Source of the DNA: Malacoraja senta
Taxonomy: Eukaryota
Direction: 5' to 3'
DNA length: 64,000 nucleotides
Assembly (NCBI GenBank): GCA_038087875.1
Contig: CM075995.1
Coordinates: 3,102,001-3,166,000, forward strand
Below the pieces are notes generated by a model. It did not search any database and had not been told where the DNA came from. It worked only from the letters and a program-made list of their open reading frames with translations. Numbering within the stretch: position 1 is the stretch's first letter; each line of letters opens with the position of its first letter. Positions 1-12,451 of the stretch are shown one piece after another. Position numbers and translations under genes: made by a program.

Positions 1-2700
1 CTCATTCCACACAGCTACCACTTTCTGAGTAAAGAAGTTCCCCCTAATGTTACCCCTAAACTTCTGTCCCTTAATTCTCAAGTCATGTCCCCTTGTTTGA
101 ATCTTCCCTACTCTCAATGGGAAAAGCTTATCCACGTCAACTCTGTCTAACCTGCTCATCATTTTAAAGACCTCTATCAAGTCCCCCCTTAACCTTCTGC
201 GCTCCAAAGAATAAAGACCTAACTTGTTCAACCTTTCTCTGTAACTTAGTTGCTGAAACCCAGGCAACATTCTAGTAAATCTCCTCTGTACACTCTCTAT
301 TTTGTTGACATCCTTCCTATAATTAGGCGGCCAAAATTGTACTCCATACTCCAGAATTGGCCTCACCAATGCCTTGTACAATTTTAACATTACATCCCAA
401 CTTCTATATTCAATGCTCTGATTTATAAAGGCCAGCACACCAAAAGCTTTCTTTACCACCCTATCTACATGAGATTCCACCTTCAGGGAACTATGCACAG
501 TTATTCCTAGATCCCTCTGTTCAACTGCATTCCTCAATTCGCTACCATTTACCATGTACGTCCTATTTTGATTTGTCCTGCCAAGATGTAGCTCCTCACA
601 TTTATCAGCATTTAACTCCATCTGCCATCTTTCAGCCCACTCTTCCAAATGGCCTAAATCTCTCTGTAGACTTTGAAAATCTACTTCATTATCGACAACA
701 CCACCTATCTTAGTATCATCTGCATACTTACTAATCCAATTTTCCACACCATCATCCAGATCATTGATGTACATGACAAACAACAGTGGACCCAACACAG
801 ACCCCTGAGGCACCCCACTAGTCACCGGCCTCCAACCTGACAAACAGCCATCCACCATTACTCTCTGGCATCTCCCATTCAGCCACTGTTGAATCCATCT
901 TGCTACTCCACCATTAATACCCAACAATTTAATCTTCTTAACCAACCTTCCATGAGGAACCTTGTCAAAGGCCTTACTGAAGTCCATATAGACAACATCT
1001 ACTGCTTTACCCTCATCAATTTCCCTAGTAACCTCTTCGAAAAATTCAAGAAGATTAGTCAAACATGACCTTCCAGGCACAAATCCATGTTGACTGTTCT
1101 TAATCAGACCCTGTTTATCCAGATGCTTATATATATTATCCCTAAGTATCCTTTCCATTAATTTGCCCACCACTGACGTCAAACTAACAGGTCTATAATT
1201 GCTAGGTTTACTCTTAGAACTCTTTTTAAACAATGGAACTACATGCGCAGTACGCCAATCCTCCGGCACTATTCCCATTTCTAATGACATTTGAAATATT
1301 TCTGTCATAGCCCCTGCTATTTCTACAGTAACTTCCCTCAATGTCCTAGGGAATATCCTGTCAGGACCTGGAGACTTATCCATTTTCATATTTTTCAAAA
1401 GTGTCCACACTTCCTCTTCTTTGAATCTCATAGTTTCCATAGCTACTCTGCTCATTTCCCTTACCTCACATAATTAAATATCCTTCTCCTTGGTGAATAC
1501 CGAAGAAAAGAAATTGTTCAATATCTCCCCCATCTCTTTTGGCTCTGCAGATAGCTGTCCACCCTGACTCTCTAATGGACCAATTGTATTCCTTGTTATC
1601 CTTTTGCTATTAATATAGCTGTAGAAACCCTTTGGGTTTACTTTCACCTTACATGCCAAAGCAACCTCATATCTTCTTTTAGCTTTTCTAATTTCTTTCT
1701 TAAGATTCTTTTTACATTCTTTATACTCCTGCAGCACCTTATTTACTCCATGCTGCCTATAATTATTGTAGATCTCTCTCTTTTTCCGAACCGTGTCCAA
1801 TTTCCCGTGAAAACCATGGCTCTTTCCAATTTTTACTATTTCCTTTCAACCGAACAGGGACATAAAGATTCTGTACTCTTAAAATTTCACCTTTAAATGT
1901 CCTCCATTTCTCTTCTACATCCTTCCCATAAAACAACATGTCCCAATTCACTCCTTTTAAATCCTTTCGCATCTCCTCAAAGTTAGCCAGTCAAAAATCT
2001 CAACCTTAGGTCGAGTTCTGACCCTCTCCATAATTATATTGAAACTAATGGTATTGTGATCAATGGACCCAAAGTGCTCCCCAACGCATACCTCAGCCAC
2101 CTGCCCTGTCTCATTTCCTAACAGGAGGTCCAGCACTGCCCCTTCTCTTGTAGGTACCTCTATGTATTGCTGCAAAAAACTATCCTGCCCACATTTTACA
2201 AACTCCAAACCATCCAGCCCTTTTACAGAATGTGTTTCCCAGTCTATGTGTGGAAAATTGAAATCTCCCACAATCACTACCTTGTGCTTACTACTAATAT
2301 CTGCTATCTCCTTACATATTTGCTCTTCCAATTCTCGCTCTCCATTAGGCGGTCTATAATACAACCTATTAGTGTTGCTACCCCTTTCCCATTTCTCAGT
2401 TCCACCCAAATAGCCTCCCTAGACGAGCCCTCTAATCTATCCTGCCAAAGCACTGCTGTAATATCTTCCTTGACAAGCAATGCAACACCCCCACCTCTTG
2501 CCCCTCCAATTCTATCACGCCTAAAGCAACGAAATCCTGGAATATTTAGTTTCCACTCACAGCCCTCCTGCAACCATGTTTCACTGATCGCCACAACATC
2601 ATACTTCCAGGTGTCAATCCTGGCTCTAAGCTCATCCACCTTTCTTACAGTGCTCCTAGCATTTAAATATACACATTTAAGAAACCCACCACCACTTATT
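1..2700 (-). pseudogene. CR1 ORF2 (APE endonuclease + reverse transcriptase), frameshifted
   Basis: Motifs YLNARS, SETWL, GGGVALLV, GDFNFPHIDW, LDLLL, DHN, EPWF, FFSSVFT and YADD occur in successive frames. Confidence 0.9.
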
Positions 2701-2815
2701 CTCTGTTTATTATCTTTTTCTTCTTTCTCCCCTACATTTTGGGTCCGAGTGCTTCCCTTCTCTGCCTCCTGCCTCACACCCTGACTACTAGCTTTCCCTA
2801 TTCGAGTCCCTCCCC

Positions 2816-3732
2816 TCAACCGTTTAAAGTCTCCCCAGTTGCCTTTGCAAATCTCCCTGCCAGGATATTGGTCCCCCTCGGGTTCAAGTGCAACCCGTCC
2901 TTTTTGTACAGGTCACACCTTCCCCAAAAGAGGTCCCAATGATCCAGAAATTTGAATCCCTGCCCACTGCACCAGTCCCTCAGCCACGCATTTATCCTCC
3001 ACCTCATTCCATTCCTACTCTCACTGTCTCGTGGCACAGGTAGTAATCCTGAGATTGTTATTTTTTTGTTCCTTCTCCTTAACTCTCCTCCCATCTCCCT
3101 AAATTCTCCTTTCAGGACCTCTTCTCTCTTTCTACCTATGTCATTGGTACCTATATGTACCACGACCTCAGGCTCCTCTCCCTCCGATTTCAGGATATCT
3201 TGGACGCGTTCAGACACATCCCTGACCCTGGCACCAGGGAGGCAAACTACCATCCGGGTCTCCCGACTGCGTCCACAGAATCGCCTATCTGACCCCCTAA
3301 CTATAGAGTCCACTATTACTATTGCCCTCCTCTTCTTTTCCCTACCTTTCTGAGCAACAGGGCCGGTCTCTGTGCCGGAGGCCCGGCCGCAGGAAGGCTG
3401 TCCCCCCCAACAGTACTCAAACAGGAGTACTTATTGTCAAGGTGTACAGCCACCGGGGTACTCACTAGTCCTTGCCTCTGCCCCTTGCCCTTCCTAACCG
3501 TGACCCACTTGTCCGCCTCCCGTGGTCTTGGAGTGACCACCTCCCTATAACTCCTTTCTATAACCTCCTCACTCTCCCTGATCAGACAGAGGTCATCGAG
3601 CTGTTGCTCCAGGTTCCTAACACGGTCCCTTAGGAGCCCCATCTGGATACAGATGTGGACGTCTGGAGGGGTATCAGACTCCATGACCTCCCACATCTGA
3701 CATCCAGAACAGTAAACTGCCCTGGCCCTCAT
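2816..3732 (-). pseudogene. CR1 ORF1: CxxC zinc finger/coiled coil plus SGNH esterase domain, frameshifted
   Basis: ORF 3319-3732 has CSGC and LRDRVRNLEQQLDDL. ORF 2816-3313 has (V)DSIVRG, VVVHIGTNDIG and DGLHLN, which are SGNH blocks. Confidence 0.88.
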
Positions 3733-4023
3733 TCTCCCCTTCTGTACCTAGGATAATATACAAAGCCTTACCCTGGATTCAATACAAAGCCTTAACCTGG
3801 GTACAAGCCAATCAGCGGCTTCCCCTAGTCCGTTTCCACAAATCAGTGGCTTCCTCAAGCCCACTTAATTTGAAGTGTGAACTGCGGATGGAAGGTTGCA
3901 GAGTTTGGTTCCTCCTCCCTCTGTAACGGCTCCTGGGCCTCTGCTGAACGAAGCCCCGCGATGGGTTTTTGAACCTACTGCCCGGACGTCGCTCCTCCCT
4001 CTGTAACGGCTCCTGGGCCTCTG

Positions 4024-4110
4024 TACAGACGGCACCCGTAGTTAGGATTGAGCCCGGGTCTCTGGCGCTGTAAGGCAGCGACTCTACTGCTGCCCCACCG
4101 TGGCGCCCCA
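4024..4110 (-). mobile_element. HE1-like SINE, tRNA-head fragment
   Basis: Reverse complement reads ggcgccacggtggggcagcagtagag...cccgggctcaatcc (A/B-box like) and matches other copies in the window. Confidence 0.75.
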
Positions 4111-4279
4111 CAGCTGTTTGATAGTTACTGTTATATTAATGAATAAAATATCTCTGAGATGCAGGATGTGAGCATTAAATCCATCATTGATAAAAGACTG
4201 GGATCCTGACATTTGGGCCTTTACTGAAGATGAGGGAATGGACGGAAAGGGAGGAAGAAGCAAATGCCACAGAGTCATA

Positions 4280-5120
4280 GAGACATAGTCATAGAGTGAT
4301 ATATTGTGGAAACAGGCCATTTGGCCCATATCCCTCCAAACCTATCCTATTCATTTACCTGTCTGCATTTGGCCCATATCCCTCCAAACCTGTCCTATTC
4401 ATTTACCTGTCTGCATTTGGCCCATATCCCTACAAACCTGTCCTATCCATGTACCTGTCTAACTGTTTCTTAAATGTTGGGATAGTCCCAGCCTCAACTA
4501 CCTCCTCTGGCAGCTTGTTCCATACACCTACCACCCTTTGTGTGAAAAAGATACCCTTCAGATTCCTATTAAATCGTTTCTCATTCACCTTAAATTTATG
4601 CCCTCTGGTCCTCGATTCACCTACACCGGGTTAGAGACTGTGCATCTACCCAATCTATTCCTCTCATCATTTTATGCACCTCCATAAGATCACCCCTCAT
4701 CCTCCAGTGCGCCAAGGAATAGAGTCCCAGCCTGCTCAACCTCTCCCTGTAGCTCAGACCCTCTAGTCCTGGCAACATCCTCGTAAATCTTCTCTGTACT
4801 CTTTCCTGCTTGACAACATCGTTCCTATAACATGGTGCCCAGAACTGAACACAATACTCTAGATGCGGCATTACCAACGTCCTATACAACTGCAACATGA
4901 TCTCCCAACTTCAATACTCAAGACTAATGAAGGCCAATATATCAAAAGCCTTTTTGCCCACCCTATCAACCTGCACCTACACCTTCAAGGAACCATGCAC
5001 CTGCACTCCTAGATCCCTCTGCTCTACAACACTCTCCAGAGCTCTACCATTCACCGTGTAGGTCCTGCCCTTGTTAGACTTGCCAAAATGCAACAACGCA
5101 CATTTCTCTGTCTTAAATTC
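4280..5120 (-). mobile_element. CR1 LINE 3' fragment
   Basis: ORF 4617-4898 has LYRTLVMPHLEYCVQFWAP and ERVQRRFTRM; catagag/catagt tail at ~4280. Confidence 0.88.
4318..4460. repeat. 48-bp tandem triplication within a CR1 tail
   Basis: ggcccatatccc starts at 4323, 4371 and 4419. Confidence 0.9.
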
Positions 5121-5344
5121 CAATCTCCTGATTCAGTCTCAAAGTCAATACTCTTGACTTTTGCTTGTTGGCATCCTGTTCATTGACGTAAATGTCGACA
5201 TTAATGGGATTTATAAGACAAAGGACGGATGAGGCCTACAGTGGCACGGAATGGCAGAGCAGCGGTAGAGTACATCGACACATCGCTTGCCTCTGACCCA
5301 ATGTCGCCGCCGGGACGATGGGCCTTGATGGCCAAGTTAAGACT

Positions 5345-5645
5345 CTAGACTTTTAGACTTTAGAAATACAGTGCAGAAACAGGCCCTTCGGCCCACCAAG
5401 TCCATGCCGACCAGTGATCACCTGTACACCAAACCTGTCCTACACACTAGGGACAATTTACAATTTGCCAAAGTCAATTAACCTCTAAACGTGAACATCT
5501 TTGGATTGTGTGATGAAACCGGTGCACCTGGAGAAAACCCACGTGGTCACGGGAAGAATGGGCAAACTCTGTACCTGTAGTCAGGATCGAACCCGGGTCT
5601 CTGGCATTGTAAGGCAGCAACCCTGCTGCTGCGCCACCGTCCCAC
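5345..5645 (-). mobile_element. HE1-like SINE
   Basis: B-box rc (ggatcgaacc) at ~5584, CR1-like tail gaaacaggcccttcggccc and (tttagac)n. Confidence 0.85.
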
Positions 5646-6094
5646 CCCAACATTCCCAACAACTCTTAACATTTAAAAAGTATTCGGATTTGAAAGGTAC
5701 AGGAAGACGACTAAAATGTTGCAATTCTTCTGCAGAGGCTCAGTGTAGTCTACTGTCTTGCACTCTTATACTTGGTATTATTGTGCCTAAATTATAGCAG
5801 GATTGTCACTGAACTGTATGCGGAAAGATAACTTCACGGTACTTGCATACACTTGACACTAAAGTACCATCGATGCATTGCAGTTCAACCCTTAATAGTT
5901 AACAAATCTAAAGTAATGGCAGGATAACAGTCACAGCAGTGTTGGGTAGTCTGTGATTATTCCCAGACAGAGCTGCAGGATATAGTAAAACACAATAAAC
6001 AACTATAACGGGAAACCTTAGGGGCGTGCTCAACACCGCTCTGGGACCAAGCAGCGGATGCTATCTAGCTTGCTAATCAGGAGCGGCGGAGGTT

Positions 6095-6183
6095 AGACAC
6101 AAAGCTCTGGAGTAACTCAGTGAGTCAGGCAGCATCTCTGGAGAAAAAAAAAATGGATGATGTTTTGGGTCGGGACCCTTCAT
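6095..6183 (-). mobile_element. Penelope-like pLTR fragment
   Basis: gacacaaagctctggagtaactcag...ggcagcatctctggag...gggtcgggaccctt matches the pLTR adjoining the Penelope ORF end at 35352. Confidence 0.75.
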
Positions 6184-6228
6184 TAGGAGTTCTCTCCGTA
6201 GAGCCCGTGATCACTAAGATCTTGCGGG

Positions 6229-6277
<49 letters not shown>

Positions 6278-6410
6278 AAGCAGTTAGACAGGTATATGGA
6301 TAAGACGGTTTGGAGGGATATGGTCCAAATTCTGGCAGGTGGGACGAGTGTAGCTGGGACATGTTGGCCGGTATATATATATATATGTATGTATATATAT
6401 ATATATATAT
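6229..6410. repeat. Two (TA)n microsatellites flanking a short CR1 tail piece
   Basis: TA runs at 6229-6274 and 6373-6410. Confidence 0.9.
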
Positions 6411-6809
6411 GTCAGTGTAAATTATGGTGGCTGGTGTTACAGAGAGATATCCTGATCTCATGGAGTGGGAGTGAGAATGTGCCCCCTTATATTAGTGATG
6501 CAGCAGTGCGAACTATACCATGGCACATGGTAACCCACGTGGGGATTTATAGGCAGCAGTTTCAGCAGCCAAAGGAGTAGTTCTTTTTTCAGCTATAGGG
6601 AGAGGTTGGGCAGGCAAGGACTTTATTCCTTGGAATTAACATTAAGATGGACATTAAATTAGCCCATCTTCATGTTATTGGCAGTGTCCTCGATAATACA
6701 TTCTGATGCAAAAAATGAATTAAACATATCTACCATTCCTTTCCTGTTATTAATTTAGAAGCCTTGCTCTCTCAAGGTCCTTTATATGCTTTGAAAAGGA
6801 GAGGGTTAG

Positions 6810-7332
6810 TTGAGTTTTGTTTATTGCCACATTTATTGTACAGTGAAAAGCTTTTGTTGCGTGCTAACCAGTCAGCAGAAAGACAATACATGATTACAAT
6901 CGAGCCATTCACAGTGTACAGATACATGATAGATGGAACAATGTGAATAATATTTAGTGCAAGAAAAGCCAGTAAAGTTCAGTTCAATTCAGTTCAGTTC
7001 AGTTAATTGTCACGTGTACCGAGGCACAGTGAAAAGCTTTTGTTGCGTGATAACCAGTCAGCAGAAAGACAATACATCATTACAATCGATCCATTTACAG
7101 TGTATAGACAGTGTATATAAGGGAATAATGTTTAGTGCAAGGAAAAGGCAGCAAAGTCCGATCAAAGATAGTCCGAGGGTCTCCAATGAGGTCGATGGTA
7201 GTTCAGCACTGCTCTCTAGTTGCTGTTAGGAAGGTTCAGTTGCCTGATAACAGCTGGGAAGAAACTGCCCTTGAATCTGGAAGTGTGCGTTTTCACATTT
7301 CTAAACCTTTTACCCGATGGGAGAGGGGAGAA
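6810..7332 (-). mobile_element. Rex1/Babar-type LINE 3' end with partially duplicated tail
   Basis: Reverse complement of ~7235-7330 translates SPLPSGKRFRNVKTHTSRFKGSFFPAVIRQLN, like the C-terminus of the 52419-54749 ORF. The tail block cagtgaaaagcttttgttgcgtg occurs twice. Confidence 0.8.
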
Positions 7333-7747
7333 TCCTATACTTAAACAGATTAGCCCAGCGTGTTCGGGGGATAGAAACCAGAGCTGAGTAATTTTGCTTC
7401 GTGACAGGATTGTGCTATTTTAGATATGGGCTTGGTTTGAAGATGATGCGCACCAGCAGAATGATGGAAATTTTATGTCAAGGTAATAATGACATCTATA
7501 TTTCAGCTCTGTAGTTAAATTATTACAGCAATAAAAACCATTTAGCATGCACTTAAATGAATGCAGAATGCACGATTTAAAAAAAAAAAAAGCTGGTTTA
7601 ACAAAAATAGTTGTCATTCTTTCATCCTTCCCTGATTTCTGGCCAGTGATTAATATGTGTGGTTGTGTTGTGTTGGGTGCAGCAATCGTTAGTCCACCAC
7701 ATGAACTTTCACAGGGCTGTGTAACGAGTGCAATACACAGAATGTGC

Positions 7748-8260
7748 GTAGAACATAGAATAGTACAGCACAGGAGCGGGCCCTTCGGCCCACAGTGTTT
7801 GTGCCGCGCGTGATGCCTGGTTAAACTGATCTCATCTGCTTGTACACGATCCGTATCCCTCTATTCCCTGCACTTCCATGTGTCTATCTAAAAGCCTCTT
7901 AAATGCCACTCTCATATCTCCCTCCACCACCACCCCTGGCAATACGTTCCAGGCCCCGACCACTCTCTGCATAAAGAAACTTGCCACGCATATCTCCATT
8001 AAACCTTCCCCCTCTCACCTTATAGCTATGCCCTCTAGCATTGGCCATTTCCAACCTGGGAAAAAGGTTCTGACTGTCTACCTTATCTACTGTATGCCTC
8101 TCATCATTTTATATATTTCTATCAGGTCTCCGTCCACCTCCGACGTTCCAGAGAAAACATTCCAAGTCTATCCAACGTCTCCCTTTAGCTGAAACCCACG
8201 AATCCAGGCAACATTCTGGTAAAACTCCTCTGTACCTTCTCCAAAGCCTACACATATTTC
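7748..8260 (-). mobile_element. CR1 LINE 3' fragment
   Basis: agaacatagaa tail, gcccttcggccc hairpin and aatccaggcaacattctggtaaa. Confidence 0.8.
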
Positions 8261-8261
8261 T

Positions 8262-8660
8262 TACAATACAATACAATAGTACTTTATTAGTCAAGTATGT
8301 TTTGCAACGTACAAGGAATTTCATTTGCCAAGTCAGTCTTTTCATACAAATGAAAAGCAACGGAACACACAAAACACATTTTAACATGAACATCCACTGC
8401 AGTGACTCCTCCACATTCCTCACTGTGATGGAAGGCGAAAAAAAGTCAATCTCTTCCCTTCTTTGTTCTCCTGCGGTTGGGGGCCTCGAGCCTTCCATTG
8501 ACGGGACCATCTTTACGCCCATAGCCGATGGCATTGGGGCTCACCACGTCGGGGCAATCAGCTTCTGCATCGGGGGGATGTCAGTTCCCTCGTGCCGGCG
8601 ATCTGCGGGTCGGGGCTGGTCAAACCTCTGCGTCGTTGAGGCTTGTAACCAGACCTGCAC
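8262..8660 (-). mobile_element. Non-autonomous GC-rich retroposon fragment with (CAATA)n tail
   Basis: Shares tttatt..caagtatgttttgcaac and cacattcctcactgtgatgga with 39083-39828 and 63645-64000. Confidence 0.65.
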
Positions 8661-9199
8661 GCAATATGCCAAATACTGCAAATACTCCAAAACTGCGGCC
8701 TAACCAAAATCCTTTGGATGTGCTTCATGACTTCCTGTATCTTTGTTTCGGTTGCTTATCTAATAGTCTTTAATTAGAAGCATTAGTGCACAAACTTATT
8801 TAGTAAATAGCATCGTTTTTCAGGGCTCCGTCTTGACAATTGGGATCAGTGTATTAGTGTTGCAGATTCTGGAGGAGGGGAGAATCCATTTGCTCTGTTT
8901 ATACCAAGAATACTAGATTGCAGTAATTTGGTATGAGTATAGATTTGATCGATTGCTTTACTGTTAATTATGTTGGTGTCTGCCCATTTTCGGCGTGGAA
9001 TAAGAAAGCAGCAACAATACACTGAGTGAAAGGAGTAGCAGATTCTCGCTTGAGGAGGTTACCGGGGATGTCATATTGGAGAGATATATTAAATAGCAAG
9101 CTATGGGGGAGGATTGTTCTACACCTCATCACACTGCAAGCCGAGGAGATTTTCACAGCGGTGAGCTGCAAGGCAGTTCAAAGAAATATTAAGAGATCC

Positions 9200-9485
9200 G
9201 AGGAACTGCCGATGCTAGTCTGCACAAAAAAAGACACAAATTGCTGGTGTAACTCAACGGGTCAGGAGGCATCTGTGTGGAGTTGGCTGTATGGAGTTTG
9301 TACATTCTCCCTGTGGGTTTCCTCCCACATTCCAAAGACGTACAGGTTTGTAGGTTAATCGGTTTCGGTAAAATTGTAAACTATTCCTAGTGTGTAGGAC
9401 AGTGCTAATGTACGGGGTGATCGCTGGTCGGCACGGACTCACTGGGCCGAAGGACCTGTTCCCGCGCTGCGAACTAAAGTAAACA
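9200..9485. mobile_element. Penelope pLTR fragment (-) joined to an HE1-like SINE 3' half (+)
   Basis: aggaactgccgatgct...gtaactcaacgggtcagg, then ctgtatggagtttgtaca...gggccgaaggacctgtt. Confidence 0.75.
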
Positions 9486-10208
9486 CTCTGTTTTGAGGTA
9501 CAGACACTGGAAAAAGTACAGTGTTTATTTCATTTCCTGTCAGGGTGAGAGCAATAGTTCTCCCACGCCTTTGACAGCTCCACTCTCCCTTCAGCAGCCG
9601 ACCTTGTTCTCCCATTCACTAATCTCTCAATGTCAAGCAAGGTGATCTGATCTGACTACTGTTTTGTCACTGAGCAGGCTGGCTTTGACCTTGGAATGGC
9701 GGGTTTAATATCACCACTGAAATGTCCAAGATATGAGACGATGAAGCCAGGTCACAGTAAAATGATCACGCTGACATCACCATTTTGCAATGTGCAACCA
9801 CTGCCATTTTGATGCAAGCTCACTTGGCTCTCTCTTGCGGACCAGTTAAACTTCCACTGATTTGCGGTTAGTTTAGTTTAGTTTAATTTAGAGATGCAGC
9901 GCAGAAACAGGCCCTTTGGCCCACCTAGTCCGTGCCAACCAGCGATCCCCGCAATCTTATACTATCCTACACACACTAGGGACAATTTTACTTCGGAGTC
10001 ACGTGAGTGACTACTTGAAGAAGCCCACCAGCCCGCATGCGCGTCATTACGTCTAACGCATGGCGCACGACTGGCTGGCAGGCGCGTCGCTCCTCCAGCG
10101 GTAAGTTTCAAAATCCTGCAGGTAAGTTTTCTAACTTAATTTCAGGTTGTGCTTTTTCCTTGCAGGAAGCTCTTTTACAGAGTTCCTGCTGGATGACATT
10201 CCGGGGTC

Positions 10209-10407
10209 GAAACCCGGCTACGGAGACCGCGGAGAATCCCGGCTCCGTGGGGAAACCCGGCTCGGGGAAACCCGGCTATGGAGATCACGGGGAATCCCGG
10301 CTCCGCGGGGAAACCCGGCTCGGGGAAACCCAGCTACGGAGACCGCGGGGAATCCCGGCTCCGCGGGGAGGCCCGGCTCGGGGAAACCCGGCTACGGAGA
10401 CCGCGGG
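10209..10407. repeat. GC-rich 58-bp minisatellite (~3.4 units) inside DIRS-A
   Basis: (g/a)gcta(c/t)ggaga starts at 10216, 10274, 10332 and 10390; units are built from ggggaaacccggct subunits. Confidence 0.9.
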
Positions 10408-11932
10408 AGTGCGGGCAGCCTGCGGCGGTCGGGTTCGCTACCCAAGTCGCTGACAGGGTGGTCAGCGACTCCAGACTCCGGCAGCCCCGAGAGGCTGTGC
10501 AGCCGAACGGAGTCCGAGAGGCCTGGACTGGGACAAGTCAGGCCAGGAGGGTTCCCCTCCATGGGTACGTCCTCGGACGTTTACCCAGGTGGTGCATGGA
10601 TGCGTCCGCAGGGCGTTCATCCCACTGCAGTGATGCTCCACCCTGATATGGTCTGTGGAATGGGGCCATTTCAGCGCAAGTCTCGTCGGGGACCTGCAAC
10701 AGCACCTGTTTCAGGGCTGCTTACAAATCTCCCTCTCTGTGGAGGGGAGTGCGAGGGGTCAGTGTGTGACTGACTCCAAACTGGGAAGTATGTCCGTGAA
10801 ACATACTGGAGTACATGCGTGAGGTTCAAGAATTGTCTGTCATGGCATCAAGGGTTGCTATATCCTCGCAAACGGAGGTGCCGCTGCAAGAAGAGTTGGT
10901 TTCCAGCCTATGGCAGAAAACCCGGGGGGGGGCAGGGTTTCCCCTCACATTACAAGCTTGGTAAGCATCAGTGACCTCACGACACATTATTACAGGAACA
11001 TACATCTGTAAATTGTGCATTCCTGAAGGTGCCGGCAGTGAACAGCGCTATCTGTGGAGACTATGGATGGCGAGGCCAACAATGTCCAGCCGCCGAATCT
11101 TCTCCTTGGAGAAGACCTAGCCAAACAGGTAAAAAACCTGGATGAGGAAGCAAAGCTGTCGGTTTAATCAAGGTACCAGCGACGAGCAAAGCTTCACCGT
11201 TTTGGCGACAAACACCCCTACGCCTCCATCAGCAGTAAGCGGTTAACTGAAGCTGGTGGCAGCTTGAAAGCTGATTCTCTGGGCGGAGGTCTTCAGGCCT
11301 AGGCCCAAGCCGGCCCTCATGGAAAATGTGCAATCCACGCACCCCAGCAGTCCTACCCTCCAAATCAAGGACGGGAATAGAACCCACATCAGGGGCCTTT
11401 GGGCTTACCGTAAGACCACCGGTAACCATGCAGGTACGTGGGTCTGGTTCTTTCCGACACATGGGTTGTGTGGATCAGTTACAAGTTGGTGAGATTACAC
11501 TTGTTTTGAATGAAAGGCATTGGATAACATCAGATTCGTTTATACTGCACAGTATACAATGTTTCCAAATTGAATTCAATTCATTGCTACCCACACAGCA
11601 TACGCCAAACCAGACATTGTCCCTTCACAACAGGAAGGTTTGGATGTACAAGCTGAAAATCAAAAGTTATATACAAAAGGGGTAATTGAGAAGTCGAGTC
11701 TTGAACCAATTTGTTTCTAATATATTTTGATTCGACTTAACTCGTTTTGTGCAGTATAGACATTTCAAAATGGGAAACTTTGTTACTGCCAAACGACTGG
11801 TTTCCATAGGGTGTTATATGGCATGCATCGATCTCAAAGATGCACACTATCTCGGTACCCTTTCGCTGGGATCACCTGAGATATTTGAAATTTAGCTGGA
11901 TGGGGCAACTGTGGCAGTTTAAAGCATTGCCT

Positions 11933-11979
11933 TTTGTGTACCTTCGATTTTCCAGCATCTGCAGTTCCTTCTTTAACAC
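11933..11979 (+). mobile_element. 47-bp Penelope pLTR-end micro-insertion with 13-bp TSD
   Basis: taaagcattgcct at 11920-11932 and 11980-11992 flanks ...ccagcatctgcagttccttc... Confidence 0.85.
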
Positions 11980-12451
11980 TAAAGCATTGCCTAATGGGTT
12001 AACTTCAGCCCAGATTATTTACCAAATTATTGAAGCCAGTACTTGGGCTACTTCGAGCTCAAAATCATATTGTTATGGCATATTTGGATGATATCCTAAT
12101 CATAAGGAAAACCCTGGAGTTGGCTAAATTAGCTGTTTCAGCCACTAAACACATGTTTGAGAGATTGGGGTTCTCATCCATCCAGTTAAATCAAAGTTGA
12201 TACCATCCAGAATTATTGAGTATTTGGGATTTACCATTAACTCTATTTTACATGTCTGTGACTCTGCCTTGGGGCAAGAGATTAGAATTAATAGAAGCCT
12301 GTAACAATCTCGTTGTTATGGAGCAACCTTCTATTCGACAATTAACCAGAGTAATTGGCAAATTAGTGGCTGCTTTCCAGCTGCACAGCTTGGGTCTTTG
12401 CATTATCAGAATGAGCAAAGGAGCAAGCAAGCAGTTAAATTACAATCTGAT

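Larger units (their letters stand above)
1..4023 (-). mobile_element. CR1-clade LINE (HER1-like), near full-length, decayed; 3' end runs off the window
   Basis: Minus-strand order is 5'UTR (32-bp direct repeat at ~3913 and ~3992), ORF1, APE endonuclease, then RT with KYADDTK at ~710-730. Several frameshifts split the ORFs. Confidence 0.93.

Noticed and set aside
2167..2784. Antisense ORFs over LINEs (also 21487-22041 and 53369-53674)
   Set aside because: Shadow frames of TE coding sequence with no independent motifs.
7424..7482. Possible 59-nt exon (tttag|...aag|gtaata)
   Set aside because: Splice-like ends only; no recognisable peptide and no partner exons.
9544..9641. Possible exon after a good acceptor (tttcatttcctgtcag)
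   Set aside because: Weak donor and an unrecognised low-complexity peptide.
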